A stretch of DNA of 38,028 bases from Chlamydiota bacterium. Lineage in GTDB: Bacteria; Chlamydiota; Chlamydiia; Chlamydiales; SM23-39. The stretch covers positions 1-38,028 of the forward strand of contig JBCDEZ010000007.1 in assembly GCA_039179045.1 (NCBI GenBank), read 5' to 3'. The position numbers and the translations under genes were made by a program. The notes under the pieces were generated by a model. The model had not been told where the DNA came from and searched no databases. It saw only the letters and a list, made by a program, of their open reading frames with translations. Position 1 is the first letter of the stretch. The number at the start of each line of letters is the position of its first letter. Shown in pieces: positions 25,341 to 34,950 of this stretch.

Positions 25341-28085
25341 GTGCTACAAAAAAAAATCTTCTATATTGCTTTTGCCTGCACCCTGTTTTCTCTCGACGCC
25401 AGCTCTTCCACTTCTCTACCCGATCCAGAAGAAGAGCCTCTTTTCCTACAAAGAATTTTGGAGTTTTGGGAAGAGGGGGAAAAGGGGCTGGTAAAAAAGC
25501 AGATTCACGAGTTTTTGACGCTCTATCCCAACAGCCTGTATGCCGATCAGATGCGTGCAATTTTGGCAGAGTATGCTCTTGAAGAGGAGAACTATACAGA
25601 GGCATCTCTCAATTATACAAACATTACCGATCCCACGCTACAAAGAAAACTTGCTCTCAACCACGCAAAGTGTTTGCATCTCCTGGGTGCATTTTCCGAG
25701 CTCATCGAATTCGGACAGAAGTCTCTTGCAACCAAGAAACTGGCCGAGTCTGCTCATCGAGAGGAGATGACCTATCTTCTTGGACTGGCCTATTTGGCGT
25801 ACGGAGAAGAGCATGCGCATACACCGGAAAAGAGCCGGGAATCCCTGGAAAAGGCAGAGCGCCTTTTTGCGTCCCTTGCAGACACTTCCTATTACCGCTC
25901 TACTCTTTTTCCCTTAGCGACCATAGCAAAGCACTTGGGTGACCAGGAAAAAGCAGTAGATACCCTGCTTGCTGCTGCCCGTGTTATTGAAGAGAAAAAA
26001 GAGGAGTATCTCTTTGAAGCAGCCCTTTTGCAGGCGCGCTTTTCTCCCGAAAAAGCGTTGGAGACATTTTCCCAAGTCTACTGCCTGCAAGGAGAAAAAA
26101 GAGGAGATGCTGCGTACCACAAAATGCTTCTTCTCTTCGAACTAGAGCGCTACGAACAGCTTCTGCTCGCTAAGGAGCTCTTATTGGGTGCAATGGACAA
26201 AAAGCAGAGAACTATTTTGCATTTTTTCCTCGGAAGAGCCTACGAGTTCGTTGGCGAGCAGGCACTTGCTCTTGCCTCTTTGACTCGATTTCTCGATCAG
26301 CAATTCGGTCCTTTGCAAGAGGTAAAAGAGGCAAGAGCTATTGCTGCTCGATGCGCTTTTTCCCTGAAAGACCTGCCTAGACTTAGCAAAGAGGCCTATG
26401 CGCTGAGCTGCGCTTTTCCCCGCTCTTTGGCAACAGCTCAAGCCTACCTTCTCAAAGCGCGCCTCGAAACGGAACACCAGAATCTCGAGGCAGCCCGCAA
26501 CGACTATCTGGAGGCCTTGAATGCAGTAGATGGCGCACCTGAGCAAGGAGGGATTGCCTACGAGTACGCCTACTTTCTCTACCAGCACGAGTATTGGCGC
26601 GCTGCGAAGAAGATGGCGTCACGCTTCTTGGACCAATCTTCGGACACGGAGATGCGGAAAAAGGCCTGGAAAATGTTTGCCAATGCAGCGATCTTCGGAG
26701 CGCGTGCGCAAGAACAAGATCAACAAGCCCTCTTACAGGATCTAGACATAGCATTGCAACAAAAGGGGATATACTCCGATCAAGAGAGGTGTACCTATCT
26801 CTACTACTCTGCCAAGGCCCTATTTGAGATGGAGGCATTTTCCGCTTGCACTGACCTGGTACAAAGCTACCTCAAAAAGACCACACCAACTCTGTTGCAA
26901 GCACCTTCTTACCTTCTTCTGGCAGAGAGCGCTCTGCGGGCAGAAGACAACTACGGCCTTTATTGCTCCTATGCAGAAAAAGCTCTCAACTTCCCCCTCC
27001 CCGAGAAGACGCAAGCAGAGCTCTATCTCAAGCTCTTCAATTTCTATTTGCGCAGCTACAAAAACAAGCAAGAAGAAAAAAAGCGAAAACGCGCCCGTTC
27101 TTGTCTATTTTCTGCCTATATGAAAGGAGCTCCTTTGCAGGAGAACAATCTCCTTTGGCTCTTCCAATCCCTAACGGAAGAGGCGCTCGAACAAGAGAGC
27201 ATTGATCCTGAAGAGATGCAACAGATCTGTTCGCTTTTCGCAAAAATGAGAAAGGAAAATTTCCCTGCAGATACGGAGCGAAGCGCTACGATCCAGATGG
27301 CTGCACTCCTCGAAAAAGAGGAAAAATTTGCTGAGATGAAAGAGATCTTGAACTGTTGCTTAGAGACCTGTTCTGCTGAGTCTCCCGCCTGGAAAGCTCC
27401 CCTCTTCTTCCGCTTAGGAAAGGCAGAGTGCGCTCAGCAAAACTACAAAGAGGCTTTGCGTATTTATGAGAAGAGGGTTACAAAAGAGCATCTAGATCCG
27501 ATCGATGCCCTCGCCTTGCCCGTTGCAAGTGCGAAAGCCGCCCTTCCTCTCGCAAAAACAGTAGAGGCTGAAAAGAGAAAGTCTTTCTTGGTACTACTCA
27601 AAACGCTGGTTTTACAGAAAAAATTGTCTCAAGAGCCCCTGCATCTCGAAGCGGCTCACTTGTATATCGACTGGTCTGTAAGCCACCTTCCCGCAGCCAA
27701 GCAAGCGCAAAGACGCCGCTTTTTGCTGCAAAAAATGCGCAATCACTTCTCCTCAGATGAAGATATCCTCAGCAAGGAGTACCAGTTTGCCCGTACAAAA
27801 TTTCCCCATAAAGAAAGGATCTACCTGAGCTATATGGATCTTTTCGAGTTGGAAGAGGTTGTAGCCGAATTGCACCTCACCGATCCACAACAGCTAGAAG
27901 CCAAAGAGGCACTTTTAGAAAGGGGCTTTTTCCTTTTGCAGAAACTCTCTTCCAAGCAGCAATCTCCCTATACTGCTCAGAAGATCTCCGTTCTTGAGCA
28001 AACGCTCTTGGGTGCGCGACAAGAATCCTCTACCCAAATGAAAGAAGAAATTTTGGGGTCACCACATACGAGCTCAGATCTTTAG
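25341..28085 (+). CDS. Large exported tetratricopeptide-repeat (alpha-solenoid) protein
   Basis: Signal peptide (IFYIAFACTLFSLDA); helical repeats with YLLGLAY, FFLGRAY, YYSAKALF, FFRLGKAE; FLTLYPNS motif. Confidence 0.85.
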   Translation: MLQKKIFYIAFACTLFSLDASSSTSLPDPEEEPLFLQRILEFWEEGEKGLVKKQIHEFLTLYPNSLYADQMRAILAEYALEEENYTEASLNYTNITDPTLQRKLALNHAKCLHLLGAFSELIEFGQKSLATKKLAESAHREEMTYLLGLAYLAYGEEHAHTPEKSRESLEKAERLFASLADTSYYRSTLFPLATIAKHLGDQEKAVDTLLAAARVIEEKKEEYLFEAALLQARFSPEKALETFSQVYCLQGEKRGDAAYHKMLLLFELERYEQLLLAKELLLGAMDKKQRTILHFFLGRAYEFVGEQALALASLTRFLDQQFGPLQEVKEARAIAARCAFSLKDLPRLSKEAYALSCAFPRSLATAQAYLLKARLETEHQNLEAARNDYLEALNAVDGAPEQGGIAYEYAYFLYQHEYWRAAKKMASRFLDQSSDTEMRKKAWKMFANAAIFGARAQEQDQQALLQDLDIALQQKGIYSDQERCTYLYYSAKALFEMEAFSACTDLVQSYLKKTTPTLLQAPSYLLLAESALRAEDNYGLYCSYAEKALNFPLPEKTQAELYLKLFNFYLRSYKNKQEEKKRKRARSCLFSAYMKGAPLQENNLLWLFQSLTEEALEQESIDPEEMQQICSLFAKMRKENFPADTERSATIQMAALLEKEEKFAEMKEILNCCLETCSAESPAWKAPLFFRLGKAECAQQNYKEALRIYEKRVTKEHLDPIDALALPVASAKAALPLAKTVEAEKRKSFLVLLKTLVLQKKLSQEPLHLEAAHLYIDWSVSHLPAAKQAQRRRFLLQKMRNHFSSDEDILSKEYQFARTKFPHKERIYLSYMDLFELEEVVAELHLTDPQQLEAKEALLERGFFLLQKLSSKQQSPYTAQKISVLEQTLLGARQESSTQMKEEILGSPHTSSDL

Positions 28086-28415
28086 TTAGTCGACCCTGAA
28101 AAAGGCTTTCCATAGTACTTCAAAGATAGAGCGTAGAATTTGCAAGAGATACAAGAGCCCCTACCTGAGTTTCGGGTTGCATTGATTGAACAACTGGGAT
28201 AGGAAAAGTTTCCCGCAAAAAAGATCTCTACTTGGTGTAAAGTATGTACTTCTCAAGCTCACAGCCTACTCCAAGAGAGATGAAAAAATGCTAGGATGTA
28301 GCCACCTAAGAATAAAAAATGTCGCTCAATATCTAGCCTGAATACAACCAATTCTCGCTGGTGTCAAACCCGAAACGTAGGTTATTTGAACTAGAGAACG
28401 CTGTTTGGCCAACAA

Positions 28416-28619
28416 CTAAGAATACTTCTGAACACCTCCTACGCATCTTAGAATTACTCCTGAAGACTTGCGCTTGTGTTCTGTACTTAAGGGCTTTGAG
28501 CTATTCTGCGATTTGAAACCAAGCTTTTCTCTGAACCCGACATTTTGTCTTCGGAAATTTGCAAGCTCTTTAGGAGACTGCATGACCAAGGCCAAAAGAT
28601 CATTATAGGACGGTTTCAC
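28416..28619 (-). pseudogene. IS66-family transposase N-terminal fragment (DUF6444-like)
   Basis: MKPSYNDLLALVMQ...FREKLGFKSQNSSKPLSTE resembles the coiled coil plus NSxNSSxPPSxD motif at the start of IS66 transposases; truncated, no catalytic domain. Confidence 0.7.
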
Positions 28620-28736
28620 AACATGGCATCCCGCATGAGCGTTTCATCTTTTCATCTCCCCACCGGACCGATGCCGAGATTGACTCTCGTTTATTTTCTT
28701 TGTATAGTTGTTTAATTAGGTAACGTTTCAAACGAT

Positions 28737-30431
28737 ATGTTTTTTTCATTATATAACAAGAATTTTTTAGGTATTTTTTCCTGCGGCATTTCGTTCTGTT
28801 TGCATATGGGCATACTATGCAATTGTTGCCCGACAAATATTCCAGGAAAACGAGTAGCACTCGACGTATCACTACACCAAGATACTCCTCAAAAGGTCTT
28901 GGATATCGTGTTCGCGCAAGATGCGATCTCGCAAGACCATTCCTTCCCAGATCCCAAAAAAGAGCCTGAAAAAACTGCCCCTCTTTGCCCTGACCATGTA
29001 GAACTTCCCCATCTTACTCTTTCCGTAGACTCCCCTTTGCGGGAGGAACCACCCCTTGCAACCGAGAAGTGGTACGCGTCTACGAACAAGTCCCAACAGG
29101 AGGTCGTTTTTGCACAAGACCAGAGCATTCTCCCTACTCTTTTTGCGATAGATGCGCCCCGTTGGACCTCCTACGAAATTTCGCAAGAGCGCGTCTTGCG
29201 AGAACCAGAAGAGCGCTCTACCAATTGCCACTTGCCTGCACCTGCCCTCGCCCTATCTGGAGAATATATGCAGGCGCAGCTTGTGGAAAAAGAGGTATGC
29301 GTAGACGAGTATTTTGCACCAATCTCTTGGGAAAAGGCACCACTAGCACCATTTGCCTCATTGTATGAGCTGGGCGCTCTTACCTGTAAGGAGCATCTCT
29401 CGACGACTCCTTGGCAAGAGGCCTTTGTTGTGGATGTCGATTGCTACGAAAAAGCCTCTGGAAAGATCGTATTTGCTGTCACATTTTTCCCCAAACCCCA
29501 TATGCATTTTGAAAAGCTACCGCAAGACATCTACTACCTGATTGACAAATCCAATGCGATCCAAGAAGCGCGCCTCAAAGCGACAAAAAATGCAGTCAAC
29601 CGCTCTTTATCCTACTTAAGCGATGAAGATCGCTTCAATTTGGTCGCTTTTGATCACCGCTTAGAGCTTTTTTCGGGAGACAACCAAACTCCCAACCTAC
29701 TAGGAAAAAAAAGAGCAAGAGAATTTTTGCAACGCCTCCAACTCGGCTCTCTTTTCTCTTCCTCTGAACCCTACCGCGCTTTGTATAGCGTTCTGCAAGG
29801 GGAGCTCTCCTCGCGTCCGGCAACTGTCATTCTCATCACCAATGGAGAGGGATTGGGTAAACGCAGTGAGCGGCAACAACTCATCGGGCAGCTTTCCCGG
29901 TACAATCAAGGACGTTTTCCCATATTTTGTTTAGCTATGGACGGTGACGAAGACCTTCCCTCTTTAGAGAGGCTCTCTTTGTTCAATCAAGGATCGTTGT
30001 ACGTCTCTCACACAAAAGGAGGCCTCAAAAGAAAACTGAGCAAACTGCTCAAAGCAATCGAGCACCCGATTGCAGAGCGCATCTCTTTGCACGCTTGCGC
30101 GCGCAACCATGAGCAGCAAATTGCCCTCTCCCACCAACCATCACTACCACGTCTATATAAGGGAGTCCCTTTTTTGGTGATGGGAGAGACAAACTCGATG
30201 GACGATTTTATCTTGTTCTTACATGGAAAAGCGGGGGAGCAGTCGGTACAAATACGTGCGGAGATCTCGCTAAAAAAAGCCTCTTTGGCAGGCCCACAGC
30301 TTGACAACCAGTGGGCATTTGCCCAAGCTCTTGAAGCGCACCAGCAGTTCTTCTTATCGGGCGAGGAGCACTTTTTCCAAGAAGCGCTAGCTCTTGTAGA
30401 AGAGCACCAGCTCGAAGAGTTTTTCCCATGA
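28737..30431 (+). CDS. von Willebrand factor A (VIT/ITIH-like) domain protein with N-terminal membrane anchor
   Basis: IYYLIDKSNAI, LSDEDRFNLVAFD, VILITNGEG, LERLSLFNQG; Pro-rich linker after the hydrophobic SFCLH segment. Confidence 0.8.
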   Translation: MFFSLYNKNFLGIFSCGISFCLHMGILCNCCPTNIPGKRVALDVSLHQDTPQKVLDIVFAQDAISQDHSFPDPKKEPEKTAPLCPDHVELPHLTLSVDSPLREEPPLATEKWYASTNKSQQEVVFAQDQSILPTLFAIDAPRWTSYEISQERVLREPEERSTNCHLPAPALALSGEYMQAQLVEKEVCVDEYFAPISWEKAPLAPFASLYELGALTCKEHLSTTPWQEAFVVDVDCYEKASGKIVFAVTFFPKPHMHFEKLPQDIYYLIDKSNAIQEARLKATKNAVNRSLSYLSDEDRFNLVAFDHRLELFSGDNQTPNLLGKKRAREFLQRLQLGSLFSSSEPYRALYSVLQGELSSRPATVILITNGEGLGKRSERQQLIGQLSRYNQGRFPIFCLAMDGDEDLPSLERLSLFNQGSLYVSHTKGGLKRKLSKLLKAIEHPIAERISLHACARNHEQQIALSHQPSLPRLYKGVPFLVMGETNSMDDFILFLHGKAGEQSVQIRAEISLKKASLAGPQLDNQWAFAQALEAHQQFFLSGEEHFFQEALALVEEHQLEEFFP

Positions 30432-30970
30432 TGCGCATTACAGGGGGGCGCCTATCCGGAAGGGGAGTGAAAACTCCTAAAACAGGGAAAACGCGCCCCA
30501 CTCAGGCAGTAGTGCGGGAGGCAATTTTCCAAATCGCTCCTGTCGAAGGGAGGCATGTGCTCGATCTTTTTGCAGGCTCAGGTATCGTGGGACTGGAGGC
30601 CTTGAGTAGAGGAGCTGCCCGATCTACCTTCGTGGATCAAAGCTCCCTTTGTGCGCGCACCATTGCGCAAAATGTAGAGCTGCTCTGCCTCCAAGATGCC
30701 ATCCGCATTTACCGCAAAGAGGTCTTTTCTTTCCTAACAACCTGGAAAGAGCAGGCTGACTTCATCTACATCGATCCCCCTTACGCTCTAGATTCATTGG
30801 AGCAAAAAATGGAGCGGCTTGTAGCGCTCCTCTTAGACCGGGGTTCTTTACTCTCTGGCGGAATAGTATTTTTAGAGCTACCCCCGCACGCCTTTTTTAC
30901 TCCGCCGGGTAGACTACGCAGCAAAAAGCGGATCTACGGCAATACCGTGATTTGGGAGATGCGCTTGTAA
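30428..30970 (+). CDS. rsmD: 16S rRNA m2G966 methyltransferase RsmD
   Basis: MRITGG, TRPT, VREAIF, VLDLFAGSG, LEALSRGA, IYIDPPY. Confidence 0.95.
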   Translation: MMRITGGRLSGRGVKTPKTGKTRPTQAVVREAIFQIAPVEGRHVLDLFAGSGIVGLEALSRGAARSTFVDQSSLCARTIAQNVELLCLQDAIRIYRKEVFSFLTTWKEQADFIYIDPPYALDSLEQKMERLVALLLDRGSLLSGGIVFLELPPHAFFTPPGRLRSKKRIYGNTVIWEMRL

Positions 30971-30973
30971 TCT

Positions 30974-31230
30974 GCTCTTTTTCCAACAAATTTTCCTCTC
31001 GTAGCCCTATGGAGCTTGAGGGAATTTTGTAGAAAACGAGCAATCTGGCTGTTGTAAAATAGCTAGATTGTCGTAAAATTGTAGTACATATTTGCTCTGC
31101 CGCCTGGGATACCCTAGTTGAAGTAAGCTGTTCAACACAATTTTCGTTAAGGGACCACGACGCTAGACCGGGAAACGTACATTCCCCTCTAGGAAATGGA
31201 CCCACCTAGCACAAAACACCGTTGATGTGC
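30974..31230 (+). other. Hairpin-dense intergenic region between convergent rsmD and lplA (candidate structured RNA or bidirectional terminator zone)
   Basis: Consecutive stems found by eye: 30986-31030, 31041-31070 (13 bp, GUAA loop), 31075-31144, 31151-31203, 31209-31230. Confidence 0.35.
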
Positions 31231-31235
31231 ATACG

Positions 31236-31976
31236 CTACGGCCCTAGGTGGTAGGGCTTTTTCTTAGTAAGAACAATCTTCGTAGTCGATGCCCGGTACG
31301 GCCTTTTTTGGATCGAATACGCTTCTTTTAAAGAGAGCTCTCGAACGAGAAATTCCCGCTTGATGAGAGAGAAAAAAGCATCCATGAACCGGTCTTTCGA
31401 TACAAAATGCGCCGATAGAGGAGTCAAGAAATCGCGATGACCTCTCCCGGCTCGGTAGGCAGGCGCTTTGGTAGGAATGGTAAGATAGCGCATGTTCTCT
31501 AACGAAAAATCCCATAGGAATGAGGTGTGCAAAAGCCCCCTCTCCTTGCGAAAATACAGAGCGTTCCCTCCACATTTCCGCTTGCCTAGGACAAAGTCGT
31601 GCTCATCTAGCGCCAGTCCGCTCTCGGGAAAAGCGCGCTCGTAGATGCCATGCGACCAGAGCAAAAGCTCTTCTGGAAAGAGCGCAAGGCCTTGGTAGCC
31701 TCGGGGCAAGATCCAGGTACAAAAAATCGTCTCCTCATCGACAATTACCGTTCCTCCTCCACTGAAGCGCCGTACGAGAGGAAGAGCATTTTTTGCCACA
31801 AGTGAGGTGTGGACATGCTCTTCGAGGGGAGAAGAGATACCGAGAACAATGGTAGGGCAAGAGCCCTCATTGACAAGAAGGACGGGTCGCTCATCGAGGC
31901 GTAACAAGGCCTCTTCGATCTGCAACTGGGAGAAAATTGCTAGGTTTTTCGTACGAAGTAGGTAGAGCTCTTCCAT
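31236..31976 (-). CDS. lplA: Lipoate-protein ligase A family protein
   Basis: QLQIEEALLR, TIVLGIS, VRRFSGGGTVIVD, KCGGNA, HTSFLWD; follows mnmG. Confidence 0.88.
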   Translation of the reverse strand: MEELYLLRTKNLAIFSQLQIEEALLRLDERPVLLVNEGSCPTIVLGISSPLEEHVHTSLVAKNALPLVRRFSGGGTVIVDEETIFCTWILPRGYQGLALFPEELLLWSHGIYERAFPESGLALDEHDFVLGKRKCGGNALYFRKERGLLHTSFLWDFSLENMRYLTIPTKAPAYRAGRGHRDFLTPLSAHFVSKDRFMDAFFSLIKREFLVRELSLKEAYSIQKRPYRASTTKIVLTKKKPYHLGP

Positions 31977-31988
31977 TTTTGAGAGAGT

Positions 31989-33818
31989 TTACTCAGCGCC
32001 CCTTTTTTGTAAATGCACCCGCAAGATGGAAATATCTGCATAGGTCACACCTGCAATTCTGGAGGCTGTCTGCAAGTTGGTAGGGGAAAACTTCTCGAGA
32101 ACCTCGACCGCCTCTTTGCGTAGTCCAACAACAGATCGGAACGGAAAGTCTCTCGGGATAAAAACGTGGTGCAACTCTTGCAGCTGTTTGATTTCCTTCT
32201 CTTGTCTTGCGATGTAGCCCTCATACTTGACATCGTATTCGATATCCTCTTGCAGGGAAAAAGGACACGCAAGGAGCTTTCCTGGATACGCTTGTGAAAG
32301 GGATCTGTAGGAGTTTTCGGGTCTGCGTAGAAGCTGCTCTAAAGAGAGGGTTTTGCGATCAGCAGCTACAAAGGTCTTTTGGAGGTTTTTCCGAGCCTCT
32401 TGAAGAAGTGCTTTTTTCCGCTCCAAACAGGCTCTTTGCTCTTCTGAGATAAGTCCGAGAGCAAACCCAATTTCGCGAAGGCGTAGATCGGCATTGTCTT
32501 GCCGCAGTAACAAGCGGTACTCTGCTCTCGATGTGAACATCCGGTAGGGCTCAAATAGCTCTGTAGAGATCAGATCATCGATCATAACTCCCAGGTACCC
32601 TTGCCACCGTTCGATAGAAATTGGGGCCTTATCCTCAGCGTTTAGCGATGCGTTGATCCCTGCAATAAGCCCTTGCCCTGCAGCCTCTTCATAGCCCGTT
32701 GTTCCATTGATCTGCCCTGCAAAAAAGAGGTTTTTGAGCCTTTTGGTCTCCAAAGAAGAGAAAATTTGCCCCGAAAGAGCGTAGTCGTATTCGATAGCAT
32801 AAGCAGGGCGCATAATTTGTGCCCGCTCTAATCCAGGGATGGTCTTCAAAAGGGCATGCTGCACATCGATCGGCAAAGAGGTAGAAATACCATTGATGTA
32901 GAGCTCTCCTGTACGAAGCCCCTCTGGTTCAACAAAAATCTGGTGGCGCTCTTTTTCTGCAAAACGGACAATTTTGTCCTCAATCGAAGGGCAGTATCTA
33001 GGCCCTTTGCTATCGATCTTCCCTGAGTAGAGGGGGGACCTATGCAGGCTCGATACGATCAGATTTTTACTTTCTTGGGTGGTGTAGGTGATGAAGCAAG
33101 AGCGCTTTTCCAAAGGAGCATGTTTCTCATCAAAGGAGAAAAAGACTCCCTCCTCTGTTTTCTGCTCAAGCATGGAAGAAAAGTCGACCTCTTTAGCCGC
33201 AATTCTCGGCGGCGTGCCAGTTTTCAGCCTTCCGAGGGAAAAGCCTGCGTCGAGGAGAGCTTTGGAAATGCCTGTAGCTGCTTTTTCCCCGCTCCTTCCT
33301 CCAGGCGTAGTCGAGCTGCCAATATGCATGAGTCCGCGCATGAAGGTACCTGAAGAGAGGACAACAGAGGAGGCCTCATAACTGATGCCAAGATCAGTGA
33401 CCACTCCGAATACTTTGTCATCTTCCAGCAAAAAAGAGAGGACAGAACCTTGTTGGATGGTAAGATTTTCCTGATTTTCCAACCTCTCCTTCATCGAGAT
33501 TTGGTAGAGGATTTTGTCCTGTTGAGAACGGGGAGAGCGGACTGCGGGGCCTTTAGAGGCATTCAAAAGGCGCATCTGAATGGATGTTTCATCAGCAACC
33601 TTGCCCATGAGACCTCCCAAAGCATCAATTTCTCGTACGAGGTGCCCTTTCGCAGTCCCTCCAATGGAGGGGTTGCAGCTCAGTTTGCCGATCGTATCGA
33701 GATTCATTGTCAAAAGAAGGGTGGAAGCGCCCCGTTTGGCCGAGGCGTGAGCCGCCTCGCACCCAGCGTGTCCTCCTCCTATGACGATCACGTCAAAACG
33801 CTTAGGATACTTCCACAT
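31989..33818 (-). CDS. mnmG: tRNA uridine-5-carboxymethylaminomethyl(34) synthesis enzyme MnmG (GidA)
   Basis: VIGGGHAGCEAA, SCNPSIGG, KTGTPPR, GPRYCPSIE, GQINGTTGYEEAAGQG, YRMFTSRAEYRL. Confidence 0.99.
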   Translation of the reverse strand: MWKYPKRFDVIVIGGGHAGCEAAHASAKRGASTLLLTMNLDTIGKLSCNPSIGGTAKGHLVREIDALGGLMGKVADETSIQMRLLNASKGPAVRSPRSQQDKILYQISMKERLENQENLTIQQGSVLSFLLEDDKVFGVVTDLGISYEASSVVLSSGTFMRGLMHIGSSTTPGGRSGEKAATGISKALLDAGFSLGRLKTGTPPRIAAKEVDFSSMLEQKTEEGVFFSFDEKHAPLEKRSCFITYTTQESKNLIVSSLHRSPLYSGKIDSKGPRYCPSIEDKIVRFAEKERHQIFVEPEGLRTGELYINGISTSLPIDVQHALLKTIPGLERAQIMRPAYAIEYDYALSGQIFSSLETKRLKNLFFAGQINGTTGYEEAAGQGLIAGINASLNAEDKAPISIERWQGYLGVMIDDLISTELFEPYRMFTSRAEYRLLLRQDNADLRLREIGFALGLISEEQRACLERKKALLQEARKNLQKTFVAADRKTLSLEQLLRRPENSYRSLSQAYPGKLLACPFSLQEDIEYDVKYEGYIARQEKEIKQLQELHHVFIPRDFPFRSVVGLRKEAVEVLEKFSPTNLQTASRIAGVTYADISILRVHLQKRGAE

Positions 33819-33828
33819 CTACGGATCG

Positions 33829-33918
33829 CTATTTTTTCTTATGCCGGTCTCTACGACGACGCTTCTTCCGTTTGTGCTTGGCGATTTTCGCTCTCCGTTT
33901 TTTCTTAACCGAAGACAT
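33829..33918 (-). CDS. Small basic AURKAIP1/COX24-domain protein (ribosomal protein bS22/mS38-like), 29 aa
   Basis: Below the ORF-track cutoff: MSSVKKKRRAKIAKHKRKKRRRRDRHKKK; AGGAG RBS; stop 10 nt before the mnmG start; matches the SVxKKRRxKxxKHKxKK family pattern. Confidence 0.9.
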   Translation of the reverse strand: MSSVKKKRRAKIAKHKRKKRRRRDRHKKK

Positions 33919-34062
33919 AATACTCCTAGAATTGATGTGAATTACCGATTTTACTGCAAGAAGAATAAAAATGCAAAAAGGAAGTCCCTCTAGAAATTAG
34001 GGAGAAATTCCGCTTGTATAGCGCGCTTGGATCAAAAAATATTTTGCAATGATGCCAGCTGT

Positions 34063-34950
34063 TTAAGCAGGAGGTGGATCGAGTGATGGCAGGTTCAAGC
34101 CAGCATGCAAAACAAGGTAGGAAATGAAGCCCACAAGACCGCGCCCGACCAAAGCGATAGAAACAAGGCTCAACCCGAGAACAATGGGCTGCCAAAACGC
34201 AAATAGGAAGGCGATGATCGCCAAAGCCGAAAAAGCAAGCTGCACTGTTTTGAAAAAGATATTGCGACGGATCAAATCGCGAGTTCCTAAAACTAAGGCT
34301 CGTGCTTGATCCAGCTCTAATTCAGGATTCGCATCCACCATGCGGTTCATGTTCTTGAAGAGGTTCCCTATTTGGAAACTACTTGCTCGCTCAATGCTGC
34401 GCTGTCTTTGTGTATACAAAATACCTGGCGATTGTACGACATCTACCGCGTGACCGTCTTCTACACTCATCTGGGATCGCACAAAGCTCATACAAGCGTG
34501 AACATTTTCCGTGTCGATGTCGTCGATCTCCTCGAGCAGCTTTTGCCCCTTCCAAATCGAGTAAATATCAAGAAATGAGCGGAGGAATAGCAAAATGCCT
34601 CCTAAAGGCAAGATAAGATGACTCAAGAGTTGAGTCGGTATTTCCCAATCAAAGATCCCTTGGACAATTAGCCCAACTGAAACAGCTGTGTCGATTGCGT
34701 CGAAATAAGCAATTCCTAATTGCAAAATGCTATAAGCAACGCCCTCCGGGTCGGGAGTGTGGAGACGTACAAAGTCAGTAAAGTCCGCATAGTAACGCCC
34801 CAAGTTCTTATAATCCGCAACTGCTCTCCAGCCGGAAACAGACGCATCCACAATCGTCGATAGATTTCCTAATCGCGACAATCCCGATACGAAATGGGGC
34901 AATTTACTTATACTCTCTCCAGTAAAACTAAGTAAACGAACAACAATCAT
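34063..34950 (-). CDS. Orphan membrane protein with paired hydrophobic hairpins (Inc-like candidate)
   Basis: 295 aa, no signal peptide; central hydrophobic pair and a long C-terminal bilobed segment (VQLAFSALAIIAFLFAFWQPIVLGLSLVSIALVGRGLVGFISYLVL); very AT-rich upstream region. Confidence 0.7.
   Translation of the reverse strand: MIVVRLLSFTGESISKLPHFVSGLSRLGNLSTIVDASVSGWRAVADYKNLGRYYADFTDFVRLHTPDPEGVAYSILQLGIAYFDAIDTAVSVGLIVQGIFDWEIPTQLLSHLILPLGGILLFLRSFLDIYSIWKGQKLLEEIDDIDTENVHACMSFVRSQMSVEDGHAVDVVQSPGILYTQRQRSIERASSFQIGNLFKNMNRMVDANPELELDQARALVLGTRDLIRRNIFFKTVQLAFSALAIIAFLFAFWQPIVLGLSLVSIALVGRGLVGFISYLVLHAGLNLPSLDPPPA

Noticed and set aside
30897..31205. 102-aa minus-strand ORF as a real gene or ndk remnant after lplA
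   Set aside because: No RBS or recognisable motif, no Ndk-like sequence, and it overlaps the rsmD 3' end.
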